NCBI GenBank assembly: GCA_029938635.1
Contig: JAOZUQ010000001.1
Span: 14,880-78,879 of the forward strand
Origin: Candidatus Aminicenantes bacterium
GTDB lineage: Bacteria; Acidobacteriota; Aminicenantia; UBA2199
DNA: 64,000 bases
Direction of reading: 5' to 3'
Shown here: piece after piece, positions 9,766 to 19,075 of the stretch
Layout of the letters: each line of letters starts with the position of its first letter
Position numbering within the stretch: position 1 is the stretch's first letter
Notes under the pieces: model-generated
Database searches by the model: none
Told to the model about the DNA's origin: nothing
What the model saw: the letters and a program-made list of their open reading frames with translations, nothing else
Translations under genes and position numbers: made by a program

Positions 9766-11238
9766 ATGAGATTACTAAAACTGACGGGGGTCATATTGAT
9801 CCTGTTCTCGGTCTTAACAGCTTCACCTGAAAAAATTAAATTTGAAGATCATTTCACAAATGACACAATGAGAATTGATTACCACCATATATGGGATGGA
9901 AGTAAAGAATTGATATCCCTCGACAGAATATATAAAGAGGGGGAGTGGGCAGGTAGCAGGAAAGTGTTGACGGATCCCTTTAAATACGGAAAATACAGAA
10001 TAAAGCTCTTCACTGAAGATGGGAAAAAACTGTTATTCTCAAAAGGATTCGATTCCTATTTCGGAGAATATATAACAACTGATGATGCTTCGAAGGGGAT
10101 AAAACGGACTTATCATGAGACAGCATTGATACCATATCCATTGTCAAAATCCTTATTCAAAATTGAGAAGATATCACCAAATGAAAAAAGCCTTACCATT
10201 TTCAACAAAGTGATCGATCCGGGATCAGTGGATATTATCAAAGAAAAACCTGAAAAAAATATTGAGGTAATCAAGGTTCATGGCGATGGGAAGCCAGAAG
10301 TATGCCTCGATATTGCAATTGTTGCAGAAGGATACACTGAATCTGAGAAAGAGAAAGTTAAGAAGGACCTGAATAAAGTAAGAGATATATTTTTCAGCCA
10401 GGAGCCCTATTCATCATTCAGGCACAAGATCAATATATATGGATTATTCAAACCTTCCGATGAGAACGGGACCGATGAGCCAAGGATCGGAAGATTTAAG
10501 AATACTTCGGTTGACACTACATTCAACTCGATGGGATCACCCAGATATCTGCTGACAGAATCAAACAAAAAACTAAGGGATATTACATCCGCCGCTCCAT
10601 GTGATACGGTTCTGATAATGGTCAATTCCTCAAGATACGGAGGAGGAGGGATCTATAACAGTTTCTGCACATTTACTATAGATAATGAGCAAGTTGCTTA
10701 TCTTATACTCCACGAGTTCGGCCACTCTTTCAGTGGCCTTGCAGACGAGTATTATTCGTCATCTGTTGCATACAACGAATTCTATCCGAGAGGGACAGAA
10801 CCTGTAGAACCAAATATAACAGCTTTATTGAAACCCGGGGAACTCAAATGGTCTGAATACCTGTCAAAAGGTACAAAACTACCGACCGACTGGAATAAAA
10901 ATGAGTTTGACAGAATGAACACAGAATTTGGAAAAATGAGGAAAAAACTTAATCTGAAGATAGAAGAACTAACCCGGGTCGGTGCTTCTGAAAAAAAGAT
11001 AAGGAAAGCAAAGAGGGAGATCGAACTTCTTATGCTCAGAAAAGAGAGAGAGAACCGGGAATTTTTCAGGAAAACAGGAAAAACCGGATTAGTGGGCGCT
11101 TTTGAAGGTGCCGGGTATTCATCGGAAGGGCTTTACCGCCCGATGCAGGACTGTATTATGTTTACTATTGGGAAAAAACCATATTGCAAAGTATGTGAAA
11201 GTGCAGTCGAAGAGATGATCAGGAAATATACTGATTGA
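9766..11238 (+). CDS. Secreted peptidase M64 family (IgA-peptidase-like zinc metalloprotease)
   Basis: Signal peptide and an HEXXH motif in a typical M64 context (AYLILHEFGHSFSGLADEYY), 490 aa. Confidence 0.7.
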   Translation: MRLLKLTGVILILFSVLTASPEKIKFEDHFTNDTMRIDYHHIWDGSKELISLDRIYKEGEWAGSRKVLTDPFKYGKYRIKLFTEDGKKLLFSKGFDSYFGEYITTDDASKGIKRTYHETALIPYPLSKSLFKIEKISPNEKSLTIFNKVIDPGSVDIIKEKPEKNIEVIKVHGDGKPEVCLDIAIVAEGYTESEKEKVKKDLNKVRDIFFSQEPYSSFRHKINIYGLFKPSDENGTDEPRIGRFKNTSVDTTFNSMGSPRYLLTESNKKLRDITSAAPCDTVLIMVNSSRYGGGGIYNSFCTFTIDNEQVAYLILHEFGHSFSGLADEYYSSSVAYNEFYPRGTEPVEPNITALLKPGELKWSEYLSKGTKLPTDWNKNEFDRMNTEFGKMRKKLNLKIEELTRVGASEKKIRKAKREIELLMLRKERENREFFRKTGKTGLVGAFEGAGYSSEGLYRPMQDCIMFTIGKKPYCKVCESAVEEMIRKYTD

Positions 11239-11268
11239 CTCCCGCTAAAATCACTAAAAAAAAATAAT

Positions 11269-12870
11269 TTATTTAACTTTTACTTTAATTATATCTGTGC
11301 CCATTTTTCCCGTATAGAGATCCTTAACTTCCACCAGGACCTCATATTTTCCCGGTTTCATCCACTGAAAATTCAATGTGAGATTTGCTTTGTCCTTTGT
11401 CGTTTTAAGGGTTTTGCTCTTATCGAACAATGATTTCCCTCCATCATCATTGACCCTGATCCTCACATTGACAGCACCGGCTCCTTCACCCTTTTTCATT
11501 ACATAACCGGCCATTGAAAAAGAGAGTTTTTTCTTCTTGAATTTCAGCCCGGAGATCACAACATCCGGAGCCTTAAATTTCTTGTCGGGAGACGCTTTGG
11601 CATTGGAAAAAGCAAGCCTTGTATTGTCGTCATATGAAAGTTTGTATTTCTTATTGTTTACCTTAATCTTTACATTCTCCAGCTTTTCTCCCTCTGCAGG
11701 AGAATAAGCGAGCACATAAAAAATATCCTGTTTTTTCACTATTTTATCCATCGCTTTTTCAAGATCTTTGGATGAGATCAGCTCCCCGCCTGTTTTTTTC
11801 GTCAGGCTTCTCAGGTTATTCTCAAGGTCGGATGATATTTGCTTATATCTCATGTCTCTACTGAAAGTTGGCAATGTTGAGGGAATAAAGACCGAATGAA
11901 AAGTTGCACCAACCTTTGTAAATATTTTAGTAACCTGCTCGGTAGGAAATCCATCTGTAACATTCATTGCTTTCTGAACTTCTGACAATTGTCTGGAAAT
12001 TATCCTTGCAAAAGTAATTTCCTCAATATCTTCACTTGCCTGCCAATTAGAGACTAAAGCTCTTATTATTCTTGACATCTCACCACTGAATACAATTTCA
12101 GGGAACATTTCGATCTGGAAAAAACTTATGATCCACTTTTCAACTTTTATATTTTTAAGATGCTCAGAAAATTTATAATAACTTTCCACATCAGGCATGA
12201 GGTATCTCCGCTTATAGTCTTTCCAGATTGTAATATAATTCTTCAGAAAATCATTTATAAAATAGATTGGTTTTTCCCGGGTTCCACCTATCCCGCCTGA
12301 CCTTCCCTGGCGCATCATAAGTTTAAATTTTGTAAAGTTTGACTCACGTTCTATATTTTTAAAATAGAGTACCATTTTTGCATGAGCCTTTATACTCTCC
12401 GATTCTATAGACCTGTTTATTTCAGTCCGGAGATTCTCCCTGTCCCGAACATCACTGAACAGTTTCGAAGTGTTATTAATAAAAACAAGCAGAGAATCAT
12501 TATCCCTGATAACCTTTTCAAGAATATAATTCACCCCTTTTTTTATTTCCGGAGAATAATTTGTAATACTCATTGCAATTATAAAATAGCGTGGAGGGTG
12601 TTTATCTTTTCTCTCAGCGAACTCAATATCCTGCTCCTCCAGCCTTTTCCTGGTAATGACAAATCCGGAAATATCCCGCTTTTTTCCGTTAATAATGAGC
12701 GTAAAGTCTTCCATCTGCATATTATCAACAACTTCTCCTTTAAGGAAAACCCTTACAGGTATTTCTATATTCGTGACAGTGACATCCTCTTTTATATCCT
12801 TCTCCTGATTGAACATTGAAATGGAAAAAAACAGTAAAACGATCATAAAGAATAAAATACGAACTTTCAT
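11269..12870 (-). CDS. Hypothetical secreted protein with a C-terminal Ig-like beta-sandwich region
   Basis: 533 aa with N-terminal signal peptide. I recognise no catalytic motifs. The C-terminal ~120 aa are Lys/Val-rich and beta-strand-like. Confidence 0.3.
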   Translation of the reverse strand: MKVRILFFMIVLLFFSISMFNQEKDIKEDVTVTNIEIPVRVFLKGEVVDNMQMEDFTLIINGKKRDISGFVITRKRLEEQDIEFAERKDKHPPRYFIIAMSITNYSPEIKKGVNYILEKVIRDNDSLLVFINNTSKLFSDVRDRENLRTEINRSIESESIKAHAKMVLYFKNIERESNFTKFKLMMRQGRSGGIGGTREKPIYFINDFLKNYITIWKDYKRRYLMPDVESYYKFSEHLKNIKVEKWIISFFQIEMFPEIVFSGEMSRIIRALVSNWQASEDIEEITFARIISRQLSEVQKAMNVTDGFPTEQVTKIFTKVGATFHSVFIPSTLPTFSRDMRYKQISSDLENNLRSLTKKTGGELISSKDLEKAMDKIVKKQDIFYVLAYSPAEGEKLENVKIKVNNKKYKLSYDDNTRLAFSNAKASPDKKFKAPDVVISGLKFKKKKLSFSMAGYVMKKGEGAGAVNVRIRVNDDGGKSLFDKSKTLKTTKDKANLTLNFQWMKPGKYEVLVEVKDLYTGKMGTDIIKVKVK

Positions 12871-13028
12871 AAAATCCTCCCGGAATTTGTGTAAAAAATC
12901 ATATTATTGTTAAAGCTACAATTTATCAGCAATAAACTTTCCTGTATAATATACGTTTAATGTCTCTCGATTGTGACATAAATGAAATTTTTGCTCCACT
13001 TTTCTTTTAAATTCACTATAATCAGTAT

Positions 13029-14177
13029 ATGAAGATATTAACATTTGCTTTAATACTTATTCTTACGCTTTTAGTTGCGATAAATGGAGATTTTATTATT
13101 TCCGGGGAAAACAATCCGGAGGAAGATCTTATCTACCCTGGGAAAATTCTGGAAGGGCCTGATAAGAATATCTATATTTATGACAGTCAGGATGCATTTA
13201 TAAAAGTATTTTCACCTGAAGGAAAATTTTTGAGAAAGATCGGAGGAAAAGGTGAAGGGCCGGGTCAATTCAAAAGATCAGATGCGGCAGATTTCGGATT
13301 TATCACTGACAACAAGAGCATATATTTCACAGAATATTTTCAGGGACATAAATGGATCACATTCCTCGATTTTAAAGGTAAACTTAAGAAAACGCTGAAA
13401 TATGATTTCACCGGAAATTATGGAATATTAAGATCCTTTATACACAATGAAGAGATGATATTTCTCCAGAGAGAAAAATCGGGAAAAGAGATAAGAAAAG
13501 GTGACATCTATTATGCTCACTATATTTCGGAACTGATCATAATGAACGGCAAAGGTAAAGAAACTACAACAATTCTGACCAGAGAAAATCCGGACACAAT
13601 ATCATTTATCAGAAGTGGGGGAGATACCGGCATCCCGTTCAATCCGTTATTCCTCTGGGCAATAACAAAAAGAGGGAATATACTTTTTACCGATGGCACA
13701 GAAAATCATCTGAAATTATTCAATCAGCAGGGTAAATTGTTGAAAATCATCACTATTCCGGTTGCTCAGCCGCAACCGGTTACAAAAAAAGATCTGGGAA
13801 ATTGGAGAAAAAACAGGAAAGAGGCATACAGTAGAAAAAACAGATCATGGTATAAAGAATTCGGTTCTGTAATTGAAAAATATACAAATTCGATTTTCAA
13901 ATACAAGCCCTCTATTCTAAATATGTCCCTGACACCCGCTGGAAACATTTTACTCCAATGTCGAACAGAGAAGAAAGATCACTTCGATTATCTGTTAACT
14001 GATAAAAATGGTGAACTTTTGGTAAAGATCAGATCACTTTTTTCTAAAATTATAATTACAGAGAATTACATTATAGTTCGCTACTTAAACGAGGATGAGG
14101 AAACTAAAATATTCATCATGAACAGGAAAAATTCAGAGGAAAAGGACCTGGCGAAAGTTAAAAATATCAACATGTAA
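13029..14177 (+). CDS. 6-bladed beta-propeller family secreted protein (NHL/TolB-like); paralog of 36012..37115
   Basis: Signal peptide. Motifs IKVFSPEGKFLRKIGGKGEGPGQF are shared with ORF 36012 (LLIFNKDGKFVKNIYKRGEGPGEL). Confidence 0.5.
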   Translation: MKILTFALILILTLLVAINGDFIISGENNPEEDLIYPGKILEGPDKNIYIYDSQDAFIKVFSPEGKFLRKIGGKGEGPGQFKRSDAADFGFITDNKSIYFTEYFQGHKWITFLDFKGKLKKTLKYDFTGNYGILRSFIHNEEMIFLQREKSGKEIRKGDIYYAHYISELIIMNGKGKETTTILTRENPDTISFIRSGGDTGIPFNPLFLWAITKRGNILFTDGTENHLKLFNQQGKLLKIITIPVAQPQPVTKKDLGNWRKNRKEAYSRKNRSWYKEFGSVIEKYTNSIFKYKPSILNMSLTPAGNILLQCRTEKKDHFDYLLTDKNGELLVKIRSLFSKIIITENYIIVRYLNEDEETKIFIMNRKNSEEKDLAKVKNINM

Positions 14178-14236
14178 TATTTTTCCAAATCTATTTCGTT
14201 TTATATGATACTATTGCCCTTAAATCAGGAGCATAT

Positions 14237-15163
14237 ATGAGACCGGGATATAACAGATCATGGATATTGTTTGCAACAGCAACCTTCATCCTCTTCGGGC
14301 TAACCAATTTTATTCTGGGATATATAGGCGAAGCTTCGGGAAACAATAGTGATACTTCGATCTCATCAATAATGCTCTTATGGACAGGGATGGGGATACT
14401 GGGTGTAATTGTTCTATTCTCTCCGGTAATAGCCTTCGAAAAAGTGAAAGAAGCATTCAAAATGAAGACTGCCCCACCGGGCAGTCTTGCCGGGCTTACC
14501 CTTGCTCTGGGAATGTTCACTCTCAAAACAGGTTTTATCTCTGACCCGGGCTCAAAGGGCCCCATTGTTGCTATTGCATCGGCAAATGCAATGTTCGTTG
14601 CCTTCACAGCCTGGATATTCCTCAGGGAGAAGCTTAGCCGGAAACAATTACTCGGAATGGTTATTATACTATCAGGTATATCCCTGATCGCTCTCGGAAG
14701 CAGTTCTTCAGCAAGTTTCAGAGGAATTGCATTCGGAATATCGACACTTATCCTTTTCGGAATTACAAATTACCTTCTCAAATATGCAGGACACAAAGGG
14801 GGAGACCCTCTGGTAATAACCGTCTTGCTGTGGATCTCCGCAGGCTGTTTTGGGATTACATCACTGGCAGTAAGTGTATTGTCGAGAAGAGGTTTGAAGG
14901 GTCTTGATGATCCATTGTTGATATCTCTATCATTAATGACCGGCCTTATTCTCGGACTTGGAATGCTAACCCTGAAAATATCACTGAAAAGAGGACCTGC
15001 AGGCCCTGCTATCGCAATTTCCGGAAGCAATGCGGTCCTGGTTCTTCTCCTTGATCTCCTGGTATTCGGACACTTCCCCTCTCTGACAAAAACAACAGGA
15101 ATGATAATTGTTCTAGCCGGGATAATAATGATCGCCTTGTCAGGGAAAGGGGACATCAATTGA
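14237..15163 (+). CDS. EamA/DMT-family transporter (10 TM)
   Basis: 308 aa arranged as two 5-TM halves with an EamA-like hydrophobic pattern. Confidence 0.7.
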   Translation: MRPGYNRSWILFATATFILFGLTNFILGYIGEASGNNSDTSISSIMLLWTGMGILGVIVLFSPVIAFEKVKEAFKMKTAPPGSLAGLTLALGMFTLKTGFISDPGSKGPIVAIASANAMFVAFTAWIFLREKLSRKQLLGMVIILSGISLIALGSSSSASFRGIAFGISTLILFGITNYLLKYAGHKGGDPLVITVLLWISAGCFGITSLAVSVLSRRGLKGLDDPLLISLSLMTGLILGLGMLTLKISLKRGPAGPAIAISGSNAVLVLLLDLLVFGHFPSLTKTTGMIIVLAGIIMIALSGKGDIN

Positions 15164-15338
15164 TCTTTCTGAGAACACTATAACAAGTATCAGCAGCAAA
15201 AAAACAAGCAGCTTTTTTACATTTTGAAGCATCATATCCTGATTATAGGTAAATCAAGAAAATAAATCTTTAAAATTATTCCGAACATCTGAGCAATTAA
15301 TACGTTGTTAGAGGTGAAACAAATTTAAGGAGAATAGA

Positions 15339-16049
15339 ATGAGTCTTAAAAAAATTTTATTGTTTTCAGCAGTTTTAATCATATCGGTTGCAATTGGTTT
15401 TTCATCAGTTAATAAATCTATCTCAATTGATTCCGGAGAAAAAACCAGGGAATCGCTGAGTTCTGTAAACGGAAGTATCTCTGTAGGGGATAACGTAATT
15501 GTTAACGGTTCCCTTACTAATGTGAATGGAAGTATTAGGACCGGAGAAAAATGTGAGATCAAAGATCATGTCAGAAATGTTAATGGTTCTATAAGATTGG
15601 GTGACAATTCATCTGCAACAAAGATCAAAAGTGTTAACGGAAGTATTCGGGCCGGTAAAGGAGTTAAGATAGGAGGAATGATAGATTCTGTAAACGGCTC
15701 CATTAAGTGTGAAACCGGAACAACCATTGGAGAAGGTATAGATACAGTTAACGGATCAATAACACTCTATGGAACAGAGGTCAGTGGCGGAATCATCACT
15801 TATAACGGTCATATAAAACTTAAAGAAAATTCAGTGATTAATAAAGATGTAGTTATAAAAAAGAGCAAATCTAATTTTATTAACAGAATACTCGGAAAAA
15901 AGAGAAAAATTCTGAGGATCAGACTCTCAGGTAATTCAGTAATAAAGGGAGATATTATAAATAAAGATGAGAACAGGGAAGTTATTCTGGAGATGGACGA
16001 AGGATGCAGAGTAGAAGGCAAACTGGTAAACGTATCAAAAGAAAATTAA
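15339..16049 (+). CDS. DUF4097-like beta-helix repeat protein ('putative adhesin' family) with N-terminal TM/signal
   Basis: At least eight repeats of the V-N-G-S-I motif (SVNGSISVGD, NVNGSIRTGE, NVNGSIRLGD, SVNGSIRAGK, SVNGSIKCET, TVNGSITLYG ...), characteristic of DUF4097 repeat units. Confidence 0.5.
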   Translation: MSLKKILLFSAVLIISVAIGFSSVNKSISIDSGEKTRESLSSVNGSISVGDNVIVNGSLTNVNGSIRTGEKCEIKDHVRNVNGSIRLGDNSSATKIKSVNGSIRAGKGVKIGGMIDSVNGSIKCETGTTIGEGIDTVNGSITLYGTEVSGGIITYNGHIKLKENSVINKDVVIKKSKSNFINRILGKKRKILRIRLSGNSVIKGDIINKDENREVILEMDEGCRVEGKLVNVSKEN

Positions 16050-16087
16050 GTAATTAAAATTTCCACATTCAGTATCAAAGAAGTATA

Positions 16088-16200
16088 AAAGGCTGCCGGG
16101 TTTACCGGCATCCTGAGTTGAGGGAAATGAATAATTTCCATTCCGCAAACTCAACTTGGAATGCCCGGTTTCCCGGTGGTCTGCCAGATCCGAAAAGTTG
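16088..16200 (+). ncRNA. GC-rich structured element (long imperfect hairpin flanked by two self-complementary CCGG-TTTN-CCGG mini-hairpins); candidate terminator or cis-regulatory leader of tsaC
   Basis: GGCTGCCGGGTTTACCGGCATCCTGAGTTGAGGGAAATG...CATTCCGCAAACTCAACTTGGAATGCCCGGTTTCCCGG. The arms are mutually complementary (TGAGTTGAG/CTCAACTT; CCGGCATCC/GGAATGCCCGG), and alternative local hairpins are possible. Confidence 0.25.
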
Positions 16201-16231
16201 ATTTCCAGCCCCTTTCAGGTATAATATTCCC

Positions 16232-16861
16232 ATGGCAGTTGAGATTCAGATCATTGACATGGATAATCCCCACAGGAAACAATTTATCCATGCCGCAAAC
16301 ATCATTAAAAACGGCGGTGTGATCGTATATCCGACAGATACAATATACGGACTTGCCTGTGATGTATTGAATAAAAATGCTGTTTCAAGGATCTTTAAAA
16401 TAAAGAAAGTATCACATCAGAAGTTGCTGAGTTTCATTTTCTCTGATCTGGCTGATGTTTCCAAATGGGCACATATCCCCAATAATGCTTTTCGGATCAT
16501 GAAAAGATCCCTCCCCGGGAAATTCACATTTATTTTGCCGGCATCCAGTGATGTGCCAAGGTCTATCATGGAAAAAAGGAGAACGATCGGAGTGAGAGTT
16601 CCCGATTGTGAAGTCGCAAGAAGCCTGGTAGAGGAACTGGGAAGGCCGCTCCTGAGTACCAGTGTACCAAAAGGGAGTGATGACTATTTTACCGATCCTG
16701 ATGAAATTGCAGAAACTTTCAAAAATGACATCGACCTGATCCTTAATGCAGGAATAATTCCCAATATCCCATCAACTGTTATTGACTTTACAACAGATCC
16801 ACCCGAAGTGATCAGGGAAGGAGCTGGTGATGTTTCACAAATAATGGGAAAACAATATTGA
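16232..16861 (+). CDS. tsaC: L-threonylcarbamoyladenylate synthase (TsaC/YrdC/Sua5 family)
   Basis: GGVIVYPTDTIYGLACD motif and ~209 aa, consistent with a YrdC-only form. Confidence 0.8.
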   Translation: MAVEIQIIDMDNPHRKQFIHAANIIKNGGVIVYPTDTIYGLACDVLNKNAVSRIFKIKKVSHQKLLSFIFSDLADVSKWAHIPNNAFRIMKRSLPGKFTFILPASSDVPRSIMEKRRTIGVRVPDCEVARSLVEELGRPLLSTSVPKGSDDYFTDPDEIAETFKNDIDLILNAGIIPNIPSTVIDFTTDPPEVIREGAGDVSQIMGKQY

Positions 16862-16892
16862 AAAAAAAATCTCCCGGTGTTATCACATCACT

Positions 16893-17165
16893 ATGAGAGA
16901 AGCCCTTAAACAATTTCTAAATAAAAAAATAGTAGTGGACACCAATTCATCCTGGATCTACATAGGAACTCTTGAAAACATCGGTAAAGATTCGATAGAA
17001 TTATCCGAGGTCGATGTTCATGACAGTAAAGATACTCCTACAACAAAAGAAATATACCTCCTGGACAGTAAAAAAACCGGAATTAAGAGCAATAGAGACA
17101 GTACATATATCAATCTGAATTATATTATCAGCTTCTCTCCCCTTAAAGATGTCAAAAGTTTTTGA
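16893..17165 (+). CDS. Hypothetical small protein with an Sm-like motif
   Basis: 90 aa. KKIVVDTNSSWIYIGTLENIGKDSIELSEVDV resembles the Sm1 hydrophobic pattern. Tentative. Confidence 0.25.
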   Translation: MREALKQFLNKKIVVDTNSSWIYIGTLENIGKDSIELSEVDVHDSKDTPTTKEIYLLDSKKTGIKSNRDSTYINLNYIISFSPLKDVKSF

Positions 17166-17610
17166 GCTCCAAATCCCTCTCAATACTATTTTGAATTCTC
17201 CTCTTTTCACCTGTCAAAATATTTTATTCCGCTCAAAGGGAGACAAGGAATCAGGAACAAAACTTGATATTCAGACGAAGGAACAGGAAAAAGATGAGGA
17301 AGATAAAGAACTTCTTTGTTCCAGGTGTAATCACCTGATAACTTCCTCTTCACACAAAATAGAGGTTTCAGGCCGCCATTCCCATTTATTAAAAAACCCG
17401 GCGGGAGATAAGTTTGATCTCAGATGTTTTTCAGAAGCACAGGGGTGTGAAACAAAAGGAGTTCCTATCCCTGATTTTTCATGGTTCCCCGGATATAAAT
17501 GGACCTTTGCTTTCTGCACTAATTGCTCAATGCAGTCAGGATGGTTCTATCTTTCACCAAATGATAATTTTTACGGCCTTATCCGGAAAACCATCACAGG
17601 AGAGTATTAA
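17149..17610 (+). CDS. CULT domain protein (cereblon thalidomide-binding-domain homolog, beta-tent fold, zinc-binding CxxC...CxxC)
   Basis: CSRCNHLI...NPAGDKFDLRCFSEAQG...DFSWFPGYKWTFAFCTNCSMQSGWFY...FYGLIRK matches the CRBN CULT core (NPAG, CFSxAQG, FSWFPGYxWT, CxxC, GW, GLI) and the bacterial MsCI4-type proteins. Confidence 0.7.
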   Translation: MSKVFELQIPLNTILNSPLFTCQNILFRSKGDKESGTKLDIQTKEQEKDEEDKELLCSRCNHLITSSSHKIEVSGRHSHLLKNPAGDKFDLRCFSEAQGCETKGVPIPDFSWFPGYKWTFAFCTNCSMQSGWFYLSPNDNFYGLIRKTITGEY

Positions 17611-17672
17611 CTTCAACAGATTTTTTGACTTTATAACCCCTGACCCCTCTCCTAAAGGTAGAGGGGAAGTTG

Positions 17673-18194
17673 TTAGTTTTCTCTCTCTCCGACACTGACA
17701 TGATCAGGGTCGTCAGGAGAATCTATAACTTTCCACTCCTGTTCTTCTGCATTAAAATCGGCTATCTTTGAAAGGGCAAGTTTTATATATTTTCCCTTTC
17801 CCTCAACAGCGATCGTTCCATCCTCCAGAACTATTTCACCAGTTCCCTCAAAAATCCTGCTTGAATTTTTTGTTATCCTTGCTATAACACGGACTTCTGA
17901 ATTGAGCGGGATCGGTTTCCTGTATCTTGAAGAAAATTCAATTGTAACCCCCCAGTATTCATCAGTTTTATCCATCATTACAGCCCTGCCCATTGTCTCA
18001 TCAAGGATCGTGGCAGCTATCCCGCCATGAAGTCTCCCCGGATATCCCTGATGTTCTTCTCCGGGAGAGAATACCGCCATCAGTTCACCGTTCTCAAGCT
18101 CATAAAATGAGGAATGCAATCCGAATGAATTTTTAAGCCCGCATACAAAACACATTTTGCTGTTCGGTTGTTTTTTACTAATTTTAATTTTCAA
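17673..18194 (-). CDS. PaaI-family hotdog-fold acyl-CoA thioesterase
   Basis: GRLHGGIAATILDETMG motif and 173 aa. Confidence 0.7.
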   Translation of the reverse strand: MKIKISKKQPNSKMCFVCGLKNSFGLHSSFYELENGELMAVFSPGEEHQGYPGRLHGGIAATILDETMGRAVMMDKTDEYWGVTIEFSSRYRKPIPLNSEVRVIARITKNSSRIFEGTGEIVLEDGTIAVEGKGKYIKLALSKIADFNAEEQEWKVIDSPDDPDHVSVGEREN

Positions 18195-18229
18195 TCTATC
18201 ACCTTCTTATATATTTCAATGGAATTTAT

Positions 18230-19075
18230 CTACATGGTTCCCCGGTACATCCCGCCATCTATCAGATAGGTCACACCAGTTATATACGATGCGATCTCAG
18301 AAAGTAAAAATGCTGAGAAAGCTCCAAATTCTTCCGGGGATCCGATCTTTCCAACAGGGATCATATTTTCGATCTCCTTTTTTATCTCATCATAATCTCT
18401 ACCCTCTTTCTCAGATCTGTCCGTCAGCAAATTAACAACCCTTTCTGTTTTTATATATCCTGGTGCAATTGTATTTGCAGTAATATTGTACTTCCCTACA
18501 TTATCAGAAAGAGTTTTTATGAAAGAGACAACACCTGCTCTTGAAACATTGGAAAGTGCAAGGCCGCCAAGCGGTTGTTTTACAGATATCGATGTGTTTG
18601 CAAGTATCCTCCCCCATTTTTGCTCTTTCATGAAAGGGATAAAAGTATTAACAAGATTTATGGAGCTCAGCAGGTTCAACTCGAGCGCATTTCTGAAGTC
18701 ATCATCACTGAAAGCATCAATAGTTCCCGGTGGTGGCCCTCCGGCATTAGCAAAAAGCATGTGACAAGTTCCGAACTCTTTTTCCATAACCGTTCTCATA
18801 TTATCTATTTCTGATTTATCAGTTACATCACAAGCAACCGGAATGATTTTTGTTCCGTATTTGGCCGAAATCTCTTCTGCTGTTCTGACAATTTTTTCTT
18901 CACTTCTTGAACAGATAAGCAGATCAGATCCTTCTGCAGCCAGATTTTCAGCTACAGCTCTCCCGAGCCCCTGGCCGGCTGCCGTCACCACTCCGATCTT
19001 ACCCTTTATCTTCAGATCCATTTCTCTCTCCTTCCCCTTTTTTTCTTTTCTCTCCCCATAGATAGACCTGATCAC
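18230..19075 (-). CDS. SDR-family oxidoreductase (FabG-like 3-oxoacyl-ACP reductase type)
   Basis: KIGVVTAAGQGLGRAVA Rossmann motif and the catalytic YxxxK region. The likely true start is MDLKIKGK at ~19021. Confidence 0.8.
   Translation of the reverse strand: MIRSIYGERKEKKGKEREMDLKIKGKIGVVTAAGQGLGRAVAENLAAEGSDLLICSRSEEKIVRTAEEISAKYGTKIIPVACDVTDKSEIDNMRTVMEKEFGTCHMLFANAGGPPPGTIDAFSDDDFRNALELNLLSSINLVNTFIPFMKEQKWGRILANTSISVKQPLGGLALSNVSRAGVVSFIKTLSDNVGKYNITANTIAPGYIKTERVVNLLTDRSEKEGRDYDEIKKEIENMIPVGKIGSPEEFGAFSAFLLSEIASYITGVTYLIDGGMYRGTM

Noticed and set aside
14237-15163. Locally higher GC in the EamA transporter gene (also in acnB) as a possible sign of horizontal transfer
   Set aside because: The higher GC is explained by membrane or highly conserved protein composition. 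There are no flanking mobility genes, tRNA or repeats.
16088-16231. Possible SRP (4.5S) RNA because of CAGATCCGAAAAG...CCAGCC resemblance
   Set aside because: It lacks the conserved domain-IV GGAAGCAGC/GNAR motif and the 5'-GGGG/CCCC-3' closing stem. It is kept only as a generic structured element.
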